Of a stretch of 64,000 nucleotides of DNA, positions 22,490-36,329 are shown one piece after another. The DNA comes from Narcine bancroftii. Taxonomy: Eukaryota. Position numbers and translations under genes: made by a program. The stretch's first letter is position 1, and each line of letters opens with the position of its first letter. The notes beneath the pieces are model-generated. The model did not search any database, was not told the origin of the DNA, and saw only the letters and a list, made by a program, of their open reading frames with translations. The stretch lies in contig NC_091478.1 in the NCBI RefSeq assembly GCF_036971445.1, forward strand, positions 62,930,001 to 62,994,000, written 5' to 3'.

Positions 22490-23385
22490 CATGATCATTT
22501 ATCTGGAACCCGTGGAGGACAGTGGGTTCTGAACTTCAAATTTTTCTGTATCTCAGAAAGCCCACCCGAATTGTACTGCCTATCCACCCCCAACCCCTTC
22601 CAGACGCCTGCCAGTTACCCATGGTAAAATGTACCTCATCCTCTGGCTGATGGGAAGGGGCCCTACAATGTCCATGTGAACATAGTCTAACCTGTCTGCT
22701 GTGGGTGGGGCTTTAATGTTATGATGGACTTTGGCTTGCTGGCGTTGTACACAGATTTTTTCCAAAAGTGAAACTTCACGCTGAAGCCCATACTATACGA
22801 ACTTAAGGCGGCTGTTGACTGGATGGAATGATGAGACAGTCCATCCACCGTCTTCAGGTCATGGGCAGGATTGGCCTGGGGTGGCCTGTAAACATATCAC
22901 ACAGGAGCGTTGGGCCCCCTGGGTCTCTGGTGCAAACTCGTCAATCTGTAGGCTGGTGATGGCAATGTGGTACACCCGTGTGTCAGCATCTTCAGCCTCG
23001 TCCTTGGCAAGATGAGCTACATTGATGCCATCCGTCACCTCAAAAATCGTTGGCCTGGACAGTGAGTCAGCTACTACGATGGACTTCCCCACTACGTGAC
23101 AGATGTCCATTGTATATTCAAAGATGTATGAACGATGCTGTTGTTGCCTTGCCAATCAGGGGTCCGAGATTTTGCCCAGCGCCTGCACCAGCAGCTTGTG
23201 GTCTATGTAGGCCGTGAAAACTTCATCTTCGAGGATGTACTGGCCATGTATGTTACCAGCAGTTTAAGATCAAAAGTGCTGTACTTCAGCTCGGGTGGTT
23301 GGAGGTGTTTGCTGAAGAAAGCGAATGGCTGCCATTGATGATCAACCCACTGTTGCAGCATTATGCCCACTGAGGCATCTGCTGT
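22490..23385 (-). mobile_element. Gypsy pol fragment (RNase H/integrase), continuing at about 29697-29940 beyond the L1 insertion
   Basis: HVVGKSIVVADSLSRP and YVHMDIVGPLP; MGNFYHCFLPGAAATMRPL on the far side of the L1. Confidence 0.8.
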
Positions 23386-26300
23386 GTTTTTTTAAACTTT
23401 ATTTATTCGTTCAAAAAACAAATAATATATGACATATACAGCAATTAAACATAAACATGAATGCTTTTTTTATATATAGAAAAAATAAGAAAAGAACCCC
23501 CCCTCCTTCAGACAACTCTCCTAAGGAGAGCCATAAAAAAAGAAAAAAAGAAAGAATATTAAAGAAAAAGTTAAATATACATATTAAAATCTAGTCAATA
23601 TAAATTGAAATGTAAATATTCCAAGTATAACAACCATTTATTAATAAAAAAATTATAATTATCATGTGAAACACAAGTAATTTTTTCCATTATTAAACAA
23701 TATCTCATCTCATTAAGCCATCTATTAATATCAATCATATTTGTATCTTTCCACATACTAGCAATACATTTTTTTTCTAGGGATAAAGCTAAATATACAA
23801 AAGCAAGCTGGAACTTATTTAATCCCAAACATTTCAGAGGTTGCAAATTACCCAATAAAAATACTGTTGGATCTAAAACTATTTTAATCTTATACAGGTA
23901 TTCTAAAAACGACTGAATTTTCTTCCAAAAAGATTGTATATGTATACATAACCAAACAGCATGAAAAAAAGTTCCAACCGTATCACCACATCTAAAACAC
24001 AAATCTGATTCATTAAAACCATATTTTTTTAATTTTTCAGGTGTCAAATATAATTGATGTAAAAAATTATAATTAATCATTGCATAAGGTGCATTTATCA
24101 ATCTAGTTACACTATCATAACAGATATCTAACCAATCATCTTCAGGAAAAATAAAACCAATATCCGCTTCCCATTTAATTGTAGATCTATCCCAACCCTT
24201 TTTATCTATACCATCCTGTAATATTTGATACATAGATGAAATATAACCCTTCTCTGGTACCTTCATAAGAAAAGTCTCAAATTTAGTCATTTTAGGTAAA
24301 ATCATATCTCTACCAAACATACATTTTACCAAAGATCGAATTTGATAATAAAGAAATAAAGAGTTCTTATCAATACCCAAAATCTTCCCTCATCTGATTA
24401 AAAGATAAAAACTTACCCTCTTTAAAACAATCTCCCAAATTTTTCACACCTTTAAATCTCCAATGCAATAAACTTTGATTATGTATTGTAAAAGAAATAA
24501 GTTGATTATTATATAACAGAGTCAAAGCCAATAATTTATCCCTAGAGCCTAACATTCTATTTTTCTTTATCCATAATGTCATTAAATGTTTTAGTATAGG
24601 CACATTATATTGTGGCAACAAATTTATATTCCACCTAAACAAAAATTGATGAATTTCAAATTCAGAAATACTTGCTATCTCAATTTTAGCCCAACTAGGA
24701 GGCCGTACCAAATCCATCAATGAACTAATAAATTTAAGGTGGGCTGCTTCATAGTAATTTTGAAAATGTGGTAAACGTAGTCCCCCTAACTCATATTTCC
24801 AAGTTAATTTATTCAAAGCTACTCTCAAAAATTTACCTCTCCATAAAAACTCTCTAACCATTTTATTCAAATCTCAAAAAAATTATCAAATAAATACGGA
24901 ATAGATTGAAACAAATATTGTAAACGCGGAAAGATATCAATCTTAATTGTATTTATCCTTCCTATTAAATTAATAGATAAATCTTTCCATTTAATCAAAT
25001 CAGTTTTAATTTTTTTTCATTAATGGAGCATAATTTAATTTATATGAAGATTGATAATTAACATTCAAATTTATACCCAGATATTTGATTCGATCAGTTC
25101 ACTTCAAATTAATAATATTCTTATAAACGGAATAATCTCCTTCACTTACTGGTAATATTTCACTTTTTTCCCAATTAACTTTATATCAAGAAAGACATCC
25201 ATATTGTATTAAACATTCCTTCAAGTGCAGAAGTGACTGAGGTTGGTTTATTAAATATACCAATATATCATCAGCAAATAAATTAATTTTATACTCCTCA
25301 TCTAAAACTTTCATACCTTGTATCTGTGTATTTTGTCTTATCAACTGTGCTAAGGGTTCGATCACTAACGCAAACAAAGCTGGTGATAAAGGACAACCTT
25401 GATGCGTTGATCGAGTTAACTTAAAAGATTCCAAAATCAAAACATTCATCAATACTCTAGCTACCGGTTTACTATATAAAGCCCTAATCCATCCAATAAA
25501 AGAAGGACCAAACTTAAATTTCTCCAGAACTTTAAACAAAAAATTCCATTCAACTCTGTCAAATGCTTTTTCTGCATCTAAGGATATCACCATCGGGTGA
25601 TCTAAAGATTGTCAAAATCTATTAATCAAACTAATCACGTGAAAAATGTTATCCGAAGCATATCTATTCTTTATAAAACCTGTTTGATCCATATGAATCA
25701 ACTTTGGTAAAAATTTAGCCAATCTATTCGCTAATATTTTAGCTAATATTTTATAATCTACATTTAACAACGAAATTGGTCTACATGAAGATACTTTCAA
25801 TGGATCTCTATCTTTTTTAGGAATTACTGTAATTAAAGCACTAGAACAAGACTCAGGTAATTCATAATCTTCTCCAACTTGATGTAATACATCCCTAAAC
25901 ACTGTAGACAAATCATCATTAAAAATTTTTATAAAATTCAACCGAAAATCCATCATCACCAGGCGATTTACCGTTCGGCATTTCCAACATCATTCAGATG
26001 TATATAACTTTTTATAAAATGAATAAAATTCATCATTAATCTCATGAGGTTTATAAATAATAAGAGAATTCTGTCTAACAGCGTGAATAGTCCTCGATAT
26101 CTGTTCTTCTTTAATTGCCACGCCAATACCTTATGTGCTTTCTCTTCCCATTCATAATACCGTTGTTTAGTTCTATTAATCACACATTCAAATTGATAAG
26201 ATTGCAAAGTATTATATTCCAATTTCAGCCTAGATAATTCTATTTTCTGATCTTCTGTAGCATCTTTCTGAAATTCCTTTTCTAACTTATCGATCTGTTT

Positions 26301-29300
26301 CTCTAATTCAAGACTCTGATTTAATCGATTCTTTTTTATTTTAGAAGTATAACTAATTATTTGTCCTCTCAAACAGGCTTTCATAGCATACCATAATACA
26401 AACTTACTTTGAACAGAATTAGAATTTTCTTTCAAAAAAAACTAATTTGTTTTTTCAAAAAATCACTAAATTCCATATTTTTTAACAACATTGCATTAAA
26501 TCTCCAACGATAAGCTATTTGAATTTTCTCAGAAGTTTCATATGTAAAATATAACAGAGAATGATCTGAAATCACCCTACTTTTATATTCCACTTGTTGT
26601 ATTTTCCCTTGTAAATGTGCCAATACTAAAAAGAAGTCAATCCTTGAAAACGATTCATGTCTAGATGAATAAAAGAAAAAATCTTTCTCTGTCGGATTTT
26701 TCTTTGGCTTGGCTTCATGGACGAAGATTTATGGAGGGGTAATGTCCACGTCAGCTGCAGGCTCGTTTGTGGCTGACAAGTCCGATGCGGGACAGGCAGA
26801 CACGGTTGCAGTGGTTGCAAGGGAAAATTGGTTGGTTGGGGTTGGGTGTTGGGTTTTTCCTCCTTTGTCTTTTGACAGTGAGGTGGGCTCTGCGGTCTTC
26901 TTCAAAGGAGGTTGCTGCCCGCCGAACTGTGAGGTGCAAAGATGCACGGTTGGAAGCGATATCAGCCCACTGGCGGTGGTCAATGTGGCAGGCACCAAGA
27001 GATTTCTTTAGGCAGTCCTTGTACCTCTTCTTTGATGCACCTCTGTTTCAGTGGCCAGTGGAGAGCTCGCCATATAACACGATGTTGGGAAGGCGATGGT
27101 CCTCCATTCTGGAGACGTGACCTACCCAGCGCAGTTGGATCTTCAGCAGCGTGGATTCAATGCTGTCGGCCTCTGCCATCTCGAGTACTTCGATGTTGGA
27201 TATGAAGTCGCTCCAATGAATGTTGAGGATGGAGCGGAGACAACGCTGGTGGAAGCGTTCCAGGAGCCGTAGGTGATGCCAGTAAAGGACCCATGATTCA
27301 GAGCCGAACAGGATTGTGGGTCTCCAAATATCTACTAAATTAAGATCTTTCATCAACACTTGGACCTGAATTGACATCTTTGATTTTTTTAACTTTCTTC
27401 GGAGATTTACCTAATAAAGGTTCCAAAACACAATTAAAATCACCACCAACTAAAATATTATCATTATCTTGACCCAAACATAAAAATGCATCTGAGATAA
27501 ATATTTCATCATCTGTATTTGGAGCATAAGTATTAAGTAAAGTCTAAAATTAACTAAACACTTACAGTTCAATTTAAGAATACATCCTGCCTTTTCCTCC
27601 ATTGATTGTAATTCAAAAGATAATTTTTTATGTATCAAAATTGCTACACCATTATCTCTAGAATTAAATGAAGAAGAATATACATGCCCAACCCAGTCCC
27701 TTTTTAATTTCATGCTTTCCTTCACATTCAAATCTGTTTCTTGTAAAATTTTCATTTTCTTAATATACGCCAAGACTCGCTTAAGTTTAATCGTACTATT
27801 TAATCCTCGAACATTAAAAGTAGCAAACCTCAACTTTAACATATCTACTATTATTACTAAATACCAATAATATCTTTATATAAAAACTGAAATCAACATA
27901 TATAGGCCCTCCAACAGAAAAAATATCACAAATTAAAAACTAAATAAAATAAAAAAATAATATAAAAAAGAAAATTAGCCCCCCCAAAAAAACTACCACT
28001 GGGTCACCCACCAGTGGCTGATGACTAGTAAAGAAAGTGCAAATCTCTCCCTCCCCAGCCAAAGAGTCAATAACATCAAAATATCATAATAACAAAAGAA
28101 AAAATAGAAGAAGAAAATTCTTCTTTTCATCCAGAAGATTCCATTTCAGAAGGAGATAGACTCTTTCCATTCCCATTTTTCCCATTTCTGCCATTTCTTC
28201 CATTTCCAGAGCAAGCAGATTTTTCTTTATGAGATAATGGTGGACTACGTCTTTGTCCTCTTAAATCTGGTAATGAATCAGCAAAAATCATTGCTTCATG
28301 ATCAGTTTCAAAAAACCGAAATTGATAGTCTCCATAAAACACCTTCAACACTGCAGGGTAACGAAAAGTAGACTTATAACCTTTACGCCACAAAACTTCT
28401 TTAACTGAATTGAATCGACGTCGACGTTGAATGACCTCTTGACTCAAATCAGGATAAAAAAAAGACTCTGCTATTCTGAATCAATAATGGGGGTTGTCGT
28501 TGTCTCGCATTTTGTACTGCAAGTCAAAGTATTGCTTCTCTGTCCAAATAACTCAAATATCAAATTATTACCGGTTTCAGTGGTTGACCAACTGAGGGTG
28601 TTCTTCTTAAAGCTCTATGGGCTCTTTCCAGTACCAATCCCCCAGAGAAAAATTCTTGCCCTAATATTTGTGGAATCCAATCTTTAAAGAAATGAAGAGG
28701 ATCTTTTCCTTCAATACCTTCTGGCAAACCAACAATTTTCACATTATTCCTTCTGCTTTGATTCTCCAAATAATCTATTTTTCTTTCTAGCTCCTTCTCA
28801 CATTCTCCTAGATCTCTGATTGATTTTTCCACCTTCAACACCTTTTCTGTGTTAGAAATCACTTGTTTACAGTCCAAAAAAGCGGTCTGAAATTTTAAAA
28901 AATCTTCACAAGATGCATCCACACGTGTCTTAGACAGTCTTAATTCTGAACTTATACCAGCATTCATTTGAACCATTTAATTCATTTGAGATGTCAACAA
29001 ATCCATTCCAGATTTTATAACTGCTTAAATAACTTCATTTAATTGCATACACTGTGAATCGTAAATCTCAGCTCTGCTCTCTCTGACATAGTGACAGAAC
29101 AAGGTAACTGCAGCTCCTGCTGCAACTCAATAGAAGGCATTTAAAAATTTTTACTGTGCGTCTGAACTCCCAGTGACGGCACTCCGACTTCCTCAGGGGG
29201 TCGCCGCTGGTCTCCCCCCTTATCTCATTTTTTCATCAATTCACAAAGAAAAACGATTTCTTCAGATTGAAATGCTACCTGATGCATTCCTGTTTGCTCC

Positions 29301-29696
29301 CTCCATTGAAATCGAAAGGCTTTCCAAATCAGGGTTCACTTCTTGGGAACACGCACCTTCTTCCGGAGAATGGGCAATTCCAGCGCCATCTTCACTTGGT
29401 GAGCAATAGACATTTTATTTTCAGCTCCCACAGGCAATCTTTGGGGTTTAGACAATGAAGAGATGTATCAAGTCATCTAGGCCCCAATTCTTCAGCACTT
29501 CGAATATGTAACTTCTTCTGCACTTGAAGTTTAGTTTTTTTTACTATTAGTGGCCATAATAATTTCTTCATACTTTAAACTAAAATTTAGAAAGTTTAAA
29601 CTTGGAAACTAAGAGTTAAAAAACAGGTACTTAAAAGTCTGGCCAGAGAGGTCGAGATTACATGTCTAGACTCTATGCCATCTTGCCACGCCCCCC
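23386..29696 (-). mobile_element. Full-length L1-clade LINE (about 5.7 kb excluding a nested RTE), decayed
   Basis: 5' end GGGGGGCGTGGCAAGATGGC; ORF1 LENQSRRNNVKIVGLPEG; ORF2 EN FATFNVRGLN, RT SLDAEKAFDRVEW/LFADD and C-terminal CFRC; AATAAA plus A-tail. TSD GCATCTG(C/T)TGT at 23375-23385 and 29697-29707. Confidence 0.95.
26699..27311 (-). mobile_element. Young RTE 3' end nested in the L1 endonuclease region
   Basis: LFGSESWVLY...SHKRACS. The flanks rejoin the L1 sequence seen uninterrupted at about 50610-50645. Confidence 0.92.
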
Positions 29697-29939
29697 GCAT
29701 CTGTTGTTAAAGTCTGGATCCAGGTGTGCCTGGAACGAGGCTTTGGAGAGAGCTGTTTTGGTCTCCTCGAATGCCTAGAGTGCTTCCGCAGACCAGCTGG
29801 GCTCTTTGTTACCTACTTTAATGAGGTCGAAGAGCGGCCGCATGGTGGCTGCTGCTCCTGGGAGGAAACAATGATAGAAATTCCCCATCCCATGGAATTC
29901 TGGTAGGCTTTTGAGGGTTTTGAGCCTGGGAAAGTTCTG

Positions 29940-30720
29940 AAGTATTACATTCTCTCTAGTTGGTACCTCTATATATTGATTTAGAAAACTTCCCTGAACA
30001 CATTCAACAAACTCCAAGCCATTCAGCCCTTTTACAATATGAGATTCCCAGTCAACATGTGGCAAACTAAAACCCCCTACTATTATGACTTTATGTTTCC
30101 TGCAGTTGTCTGCTGTCTCTCTACAGATTTGTTGATTATTGGGCTGTTTATAACACAACCTCATGAATATGGTCATACCTTTACCGTTCCTCAGCTCGAC
30201 TCATATACCCTCAGTAGACAAGCCCCCTGGTCTCTCCTGCCTGAAACACCACTGTGATATTTTCCCTGACAAGCAATGCCACTCCTCCCCTTTTCATCTA
30301 TCCAATTCTGTCACGTCTAAAGCAATGTAAGGCCAGAACATTGAGCTGCCAGTACTACCCTCCTGTAACCAAGTTTCACTAAAGGCCACAATGTCATAAT
30401 TCCACATTCAATCCACGCTTGTCTACCTTTCCTACAATACTCCTTGCATTGAAATAGATGCACTTTAGAATATTTCCACCACATACACCCCATTGACTCC
30501 TAACAGTGCATGCAAGTTTCACATAAACTTTTCCATCCTCCACTCCTGTATCTGATCTGGCACTCTGTAATCTAGTTTAAACCCACCAGAGCAGCACTAG
30601 CAAACTTTCTTGCAAGGATATTAGTTCCCCCACTCCTCGAGTTTAGATGCATACTGTCCCATCTGAACAGGTCCCACCTTCCCTGGAAGAGAGCCCAATG
30701 ATTCAGAAACTTGAAGCTTA
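29940..30720 (-). mobile_element. CR1 ORF1 (esterase-like) and endonuclease remnants
   Basis: WDLFRWDSMHLNSRSGGTNILARKF and VIIVGGFSLPHVDWE. Confidence 0.7.
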
Positions 30721-31214
30721 GTGGAGATGCGACCAATCTCCTGCACTGTGAGAAATTGTTAACAGATTCCGCATGCTTTGCTTCTTCTTGTCTTCTCTGA
30801 TATAACATGAGGTCAAATATATTTATTGATGACCAACTCTTGTGATCGCAGGAGAAATCACAGTGGACAATCAACTTTCACTTCAGAGAAGTAATAATCC
30901 TGAATATTTCAGCATGGTGTGCAGCACTGGATGATAACGGCAGAGGGCGGTGTTTAGTAGCCACAAACATTAACCAATTGGATTGGAAGAACTGCACTGC
31001 GTGATTCATTGCATGGGACCGTGACTATCATGCAAGTGGCACTGTGCAGGAACATTAGAGTAGTTCAGTACGGTTTTGGCTGCACCTCCATATTATCATA
31101 GAGGGCCCTTCTACCCTACTCACTGTAGCTGAAGTTTGTTTACCTGAGAATTTCTCCAACTAGCAGAATGACAGATATGAGGTGACTGATTCAAACAGAA
31201 AAGACTATAGATTG

Positions 31215-32190
31215 TAGTAGAAACACACAGAAATAATGGTGGAACTCAGCAGGTCTCACAGGTCCATGGCAGATAAAGATATATCACCGACCTTTCGAGC
31301 TTGGGCCCTCCTTCATGAAGTAAAGAACAGGCCAGCATCTGAATAAAGACCAAAGAGTGGGAGATGGAAGAGCCCAGCTGAACAGCAAAACAGTTCTAAT
31401 TAGATTTGATAAGAGGAGGGGTGAGAATTGATTTTGGCTCCGTGAAAGGAGGCATTTGGTAAAGCAGAGAGAGAGAGAGAGGAGAGAGAGAGAGATATCT
31501 GGGTGAAAGGCAGCAGGGTGAAGAGGAAGGAAGAAGGAAGAAGTCAATGTTAATCCTATCTGGTTGAACGGTGCTCAGGTGGAGGATGAGGTGCTGTTCC
31601 TTCAATATGCGGCTGGTCTCAGTCTGGCAGTGCATGAGACCATGGACAGACATGTCAGCAAGGGAATGGGGTGGGAAATTGAAATGGATGGCCACTGGGA
31701 GATCCACACTTTTCTGCCAGACAAAGCTGAGGCACTCAACAAAGTGATTTTCCAGTCTCTCCAATCTACAGGAACCCATAATGGGAGCACAGGATTCAGT
31801 AGATGGCCCCTGAAGATTTACAAGTGAAATGTTATTTCACTTGAAAGGTCTGTTTGGGCCCCTGAATGTTGGCGAGGGAAGAGGCATGAGTGCAGGAGGA
31901 GCACCTCATGCAATCACAGGGGAAGGAGTCAAGAAGGTAACTGATTGGAAGGGAGGAGTGGACAAGGGAGTCACAAGGGGATTAGTTCCCTGTGAAATGT
32001 GGAGAGGGGAGGAGAAGGGAAGATGTGTGAGGTAGTGGTATCACATAGTAGGTGGTGGAATTGATGATGTAGAGGCTGGTGGGTAGTAGGTGAGGACAAG
32101 GGGAATCCTGTCCTTGCTGTGCATGGGGGTGGAGGGGTGTCAGGGCGGACGTGCTGGTAATGAAGGAAATGCAGGTGATGGTCCAGTTGA
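31215..32190 (-). mobile_element. Penelope-like GIY-YIG fragment
   Basis: DLPVAIHFNFPPHSLADMSVHGL..LKEQHLILHLSTVQPDRINIDF, homologous to 18291-18734. Confidence 0.75.
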
Positions 32191-32900
32191 TGTTGGTAGA
32201 GGGAACCAAGTCGAAGAAGATGATCTTTGGCTTCAGTAGGATTAGGTATGACCACCCCATCTACACATTAATAACTCAGTTGTGGAGCAAATGGAGAGCA
32301 TCAAGATCCTAGGAGTTCATTTAACAAGTGACCTATCATTGACTCACATCTCCTCACTTGAGGAAGATGCATCAGTGACTGCACTTCCTGAGAAGACTGA
32401 AGGGGGTAAGGCTACTGGCCACCATCACCTCAAACTTCTACAGGTGCACTATTGAGTGTGGTCTTGTTGCTGCAGAGAAATAGATTGAAGGTCAATCGAC
32501 ATGAGCATAAGAGTGCCAGAAAGGATCACTAGAGTCTCACTCTCTGTCCTATTGATGTTATCTACTTGGATCGTTGTCTAATTGTTTAGTACCCCTTTCA
32601 CCCGCACACATCATTTTTCAGCTACACCCATTGGGAAAGAGATATGAGTATCAGAGCTAGTACCACCAGGCTGAGAAACAGCTTTTGCTCACGGGCAGTG
32701 AGGATGTCGAATGACCACAGGAACTGCTGACACTAACTGTATTTATTTTAATTTATGTATAAATTATATATGTATAATTTGTCTTTGTGTGATATAGCTG
32801 GTTGTGTGTCTCCGTGTTTTGCACCGAAGTCCGGAGAATGCAGTTTCATTGTGTTGTACTTGTACAATCAGTTTATATTAAACTTAAATGTGAACTTGAT
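32190..32900 (+). mobile_element. Rex1/Babar-like LINE 3' part
   Basis: KFLGVH-like, LHFLRRL-like, ACCACCAGGCTGAGAAACAGCTTT and tail AAACTTAAATGTGAACTTGA. Confidence 0.65.
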
Positions 32901-33012
32901 CGAACGCTGTTATATTCAACGGTAAAATCAGGATTTGGATTATTTGTTGCTTGTGGAGTAAATGAGAAGTATTATCTGATGCACTGCTTGGTGAGGTTTT
33001 CACCGCACCAGG

Positions 33013-33450
33013 TCTTCTTTTCTTTGGCTTGGCTTCGCGGACGAAGATTTATGGAGGGGGTAAAAGTCCACGTCAGCTGCAGGCTCGTTTGTGGCTGACA
33101 AGTCCAATGTGGGACAGGCAGACACGGTTGCAGCGGCTGCAGGGGAAAATTGGTTGGTTGGGGTTGGGAGTTGGGTTTTTCCTCCTTTGTCTTTTGTCAG
33201 TGAGATGGGCTCTGCGGTCTTCTTGAAAGGAGGTTGCTGCCCGCCGAACTGCGAGGCGCCAAGATGCACGGTTTGAGGCGATATCAGCCCACTGGCGGTG
33301 GTCAATGTGGCAGGCACCAAGAGATTTCTTTAGGCAATCTTTGTACCTCTTCTTTGGTGCAGCTCTGTCACGGTGGCCAGTGGAGAGCTCGCCATATAAC
33401 ACGATCTTGGGAAGGCGATGGTCCTCCATTCTGGAGACGTGACCCACCCA
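33013..33450 (-). mobile_element. Young RTE 3' end
   Basis: ORF 33073-33447, GHVSRMEDHRLPK...SHKRACS. Confidence 0.92.
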
Positions 33451-34280
33451 TTAAGATATAATATTGCAAGCAATGCTTTGTTGAGTTGAATGAATAAGAC
33501 TCAGATGCTCAAATTGAAACATCAAGAGTAAAATTTCATTTTATATTTATTATCTACAACAACAGGTCAAATCATCACATGTTAAATAATGACAGTTACT
33601 AAATATAACCATTTATCTGTTATTGAAACCACACATTTGAATAGCAAAATTAAACGGATATTTAAATTTGGGGTGTCTTTGGTAAGTTTATTAATTATGC
33701 AGCCAAGATTATAAAATCTATTTACATTCAAGTACTGATGCACCTACCCTGCCATTGAGCTAATTAAATGAAAGATGTTCCTGGGTATCAACCTTCATAA
33801 TTGCACATCCACAACATTCAATCTACTTTGAGGCTGCCTCTGTAGTGGCCCTGAAAATTGGTGGACTGCCAGAAATGATCATGTCCTTACACAGGTTGCA
33901 TGCAAGTGTTTTTCTGATAAAACAGAATCACTCATCACCATCCACACCATCAGACCCATGAGCTCCTTCACCGATATCCTAGTCCCGGGTCATGGTTTTC
34001 CTGCTGCTATGATCACGCTTTTCAATTCTGTTAACCAAGTCATTAGCCTGCTGCCTTTCTCACTTAGATTGAAATTATTTCCCCACATCTCATTGATTCC
34101 ACGGCAGTCAAATGCAGATTTGATGCCGAGTTTCCAATTTTCTATAATTTCTGTACCTTACGATCAGCTCAAAACAAATGAGATTCTGCACAGATAATTC
34201 TACATAAACCTATGTGAGCAGAGTTGGTCACAGCCATCTCACACCATTGATATGAAACATTGTATATCCCCTTGTGGGAT

Positions 34281-35381
34281 TCTTTGGCTTGGCTTCGCGG
34301 ACGAAGATTTATGGAGGGGTATGTCCACGTCTGCTGCAGGCTCGTTGTTGACTGACAAGTTCGATGCGGGACAGGCAGGCACAGTTGCAGTGGTTGCAAG
34401 GGAAAATTGGTTGGTTGGGGTTGGGTGTTGGGTTTTTCCTCCTTTGTCTTTTGACAGTGAGGTTGGCTCTGTGGTCTTCTTCAAAGGAGGTTGCTGCCCG
34501 CCGAACTGTGAGGCACCAAGATGCACGGTTGGAGGCGATATCAGCCCACTGACGGTGGTCAATGTGGCAGGCACCAAGAGATTTCTTTAAGCAGTCCTTG
34601 TACCTCTTCTTTGGTGCACCTCTGTCTCAGTGGCCAGTGGAGAGCTCACCATATAACATGATCTTGGGAAGACGATGGTCCTCCATTCTGGAGACGTGAC
34701 CCACCCAGCACAGTTGGGTCTTCAGCAGCATGGATTTGATGCTTGCGGATTCTGCCAGCTCGAGTACTTCGATGTTGGTGTTGAAGTCATTCCAATGAAT
34801 GTTGAGGATGGAGCAGAGACAGCGCTGATTGAAGCTGCAAGCTTACACCAAGACACAAGAGCAACTTGTCCGTGAACTACTCTTTGCAGACGATGCCGCT
34901 TTAGTTGCCCATTCAGAGCCAGCTCTCCAGCGCATGACGTCCTGTTTTGCAGAAACTGCCAAAATGTTTGGCCTGGAAGTTAGCCTGAAGAAAACTGAGG
35001 TCCTCCATCAGCCAGCTCCCCACCATGACTACCAGCCACCCTCCCCACCATGACTACCAGCCACCCCCCACCCCCCACATCTCCATCGGGCACACAGAAC
35101 TCAAAACGGTCAACCAGTTTACCTATCTCGGCTGCACCATTTCATCGGATGCAAGGATCGACAACGAGATAGACAACAGACTCGCCAAGGCAAATATCGC
35201 CTTTGGAAGACTACACAAAAGAGTCTGGAAAAACAACCAACTGAAAAACCTCACAAAGATAAGCGTATACAGAGCCGTTGTCATACCCACACTCCTGTTC
35301 GGCTCCGAATCATGGGTCCTCTACCGGCATCACCTACGGCTCCTAGAACGCTTCCACCAGCGTTGTCTGCACTCCATCCTT
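34281..35381 (-). mobile_element. RTE with inverted 5' segment (3' part minus 34281-34827; upstream RT part plus 34829-35381)
   Basis: The plus segment runs LQAYTKTQE..ELLFADD..FHQRCLHSIL. The minus segment starts at QRCLCSILNIHW and runs to the tail. Confidence 0.85.
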
Positions 35382-35479
35382 GTCAGATTGTTCAGGTGGT
35401 AATTAGCCTGATTCATTCTGAGGTCTTGGTTGGTTACATGGAGCAATTCATGCTAACAGAGGCAAGGCTCCCCAACTCT

Positions 35480-36140
35480 TCCTCTGCTTCATCAATTACT
35501 AATTTGGTGCTGTCTCATATATCCACAATGAGCTAATTGACTTTATCCACTTTATCCTTAAATTCACTTGGTCCTACTCCCGCAACATACTCCCTTTTTG
35601 CAATTTTTATCTCCTTCTAGAGAGGCAAACTCTTGACTGATATCTTCTACAAACCAACCAAATCCAATAGCTACTTTGACTACACCTCTTCACACCCTGT
35701 TCCATGTAAGGGGTCTATTAATTTCTCTCAATTTTTCAGTCTCCCTCACAACTGCTGCCAGGACAAAGTCTTCCATGCCAGGTAATCAGAGAAGTCTTCC
35801 TTCTTAAAACAACATGGCTCCCCCTCTACCACCATCAAATTGGCCCTCACCAACATATCGTCCATTAACTGCACATCTGCCCCAGACCCTCCTCGACAAG
35901 TGCAAAAAGGATCTCAACTACCACCCCACCAAATTCTGTAATCTCTGCCACCTACCATATTATCCCAACAGCAGACACATCTTCCCTTCACGTCGCTCTC
36001 CATTTTCCATAGAACTTCCTCATTTTGTGACTCCCTCATCCACTCCTTTCCAATTCCCCATAGAACCATATCCTCTGACTTGCACCCCAACCTTCACCTC
36101 ACCACTATTCCAGGCTCTAAGCAATCCTTCCAAATGAAGC
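35480..36140 (+). mobile_element. Penelope-like RT C-terminal remnant
   Basis: LKFTWS, TDIFYKPT.SNSYFDYTSSHP-like translation; degenerate. Confidence 0.6.
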
Positions 36141-36329
36141 AACACGGGGTTTTTCTAATGCTGATTGGTGGGGAGGGATGTTGATTAAAACAGATTCACA
36201 GAGGGGTGGAACCAAACTGAAGAAATAGAGGAAAAGGTGGTCAGCACACAAGTAGCTGATAGGGGGTTTGTGTGGAAAGAAAGGCAGATAGGGAAAAATC
36301 GGGGGCATGGGGAATGTGTTACAATGCAT

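Noticed and set aside
27048-27377. ORF fusing L1 endonuclease and RTE RT sequence
   Set aside because: In-frame accident at the RTE-in-L1 insertion junction.
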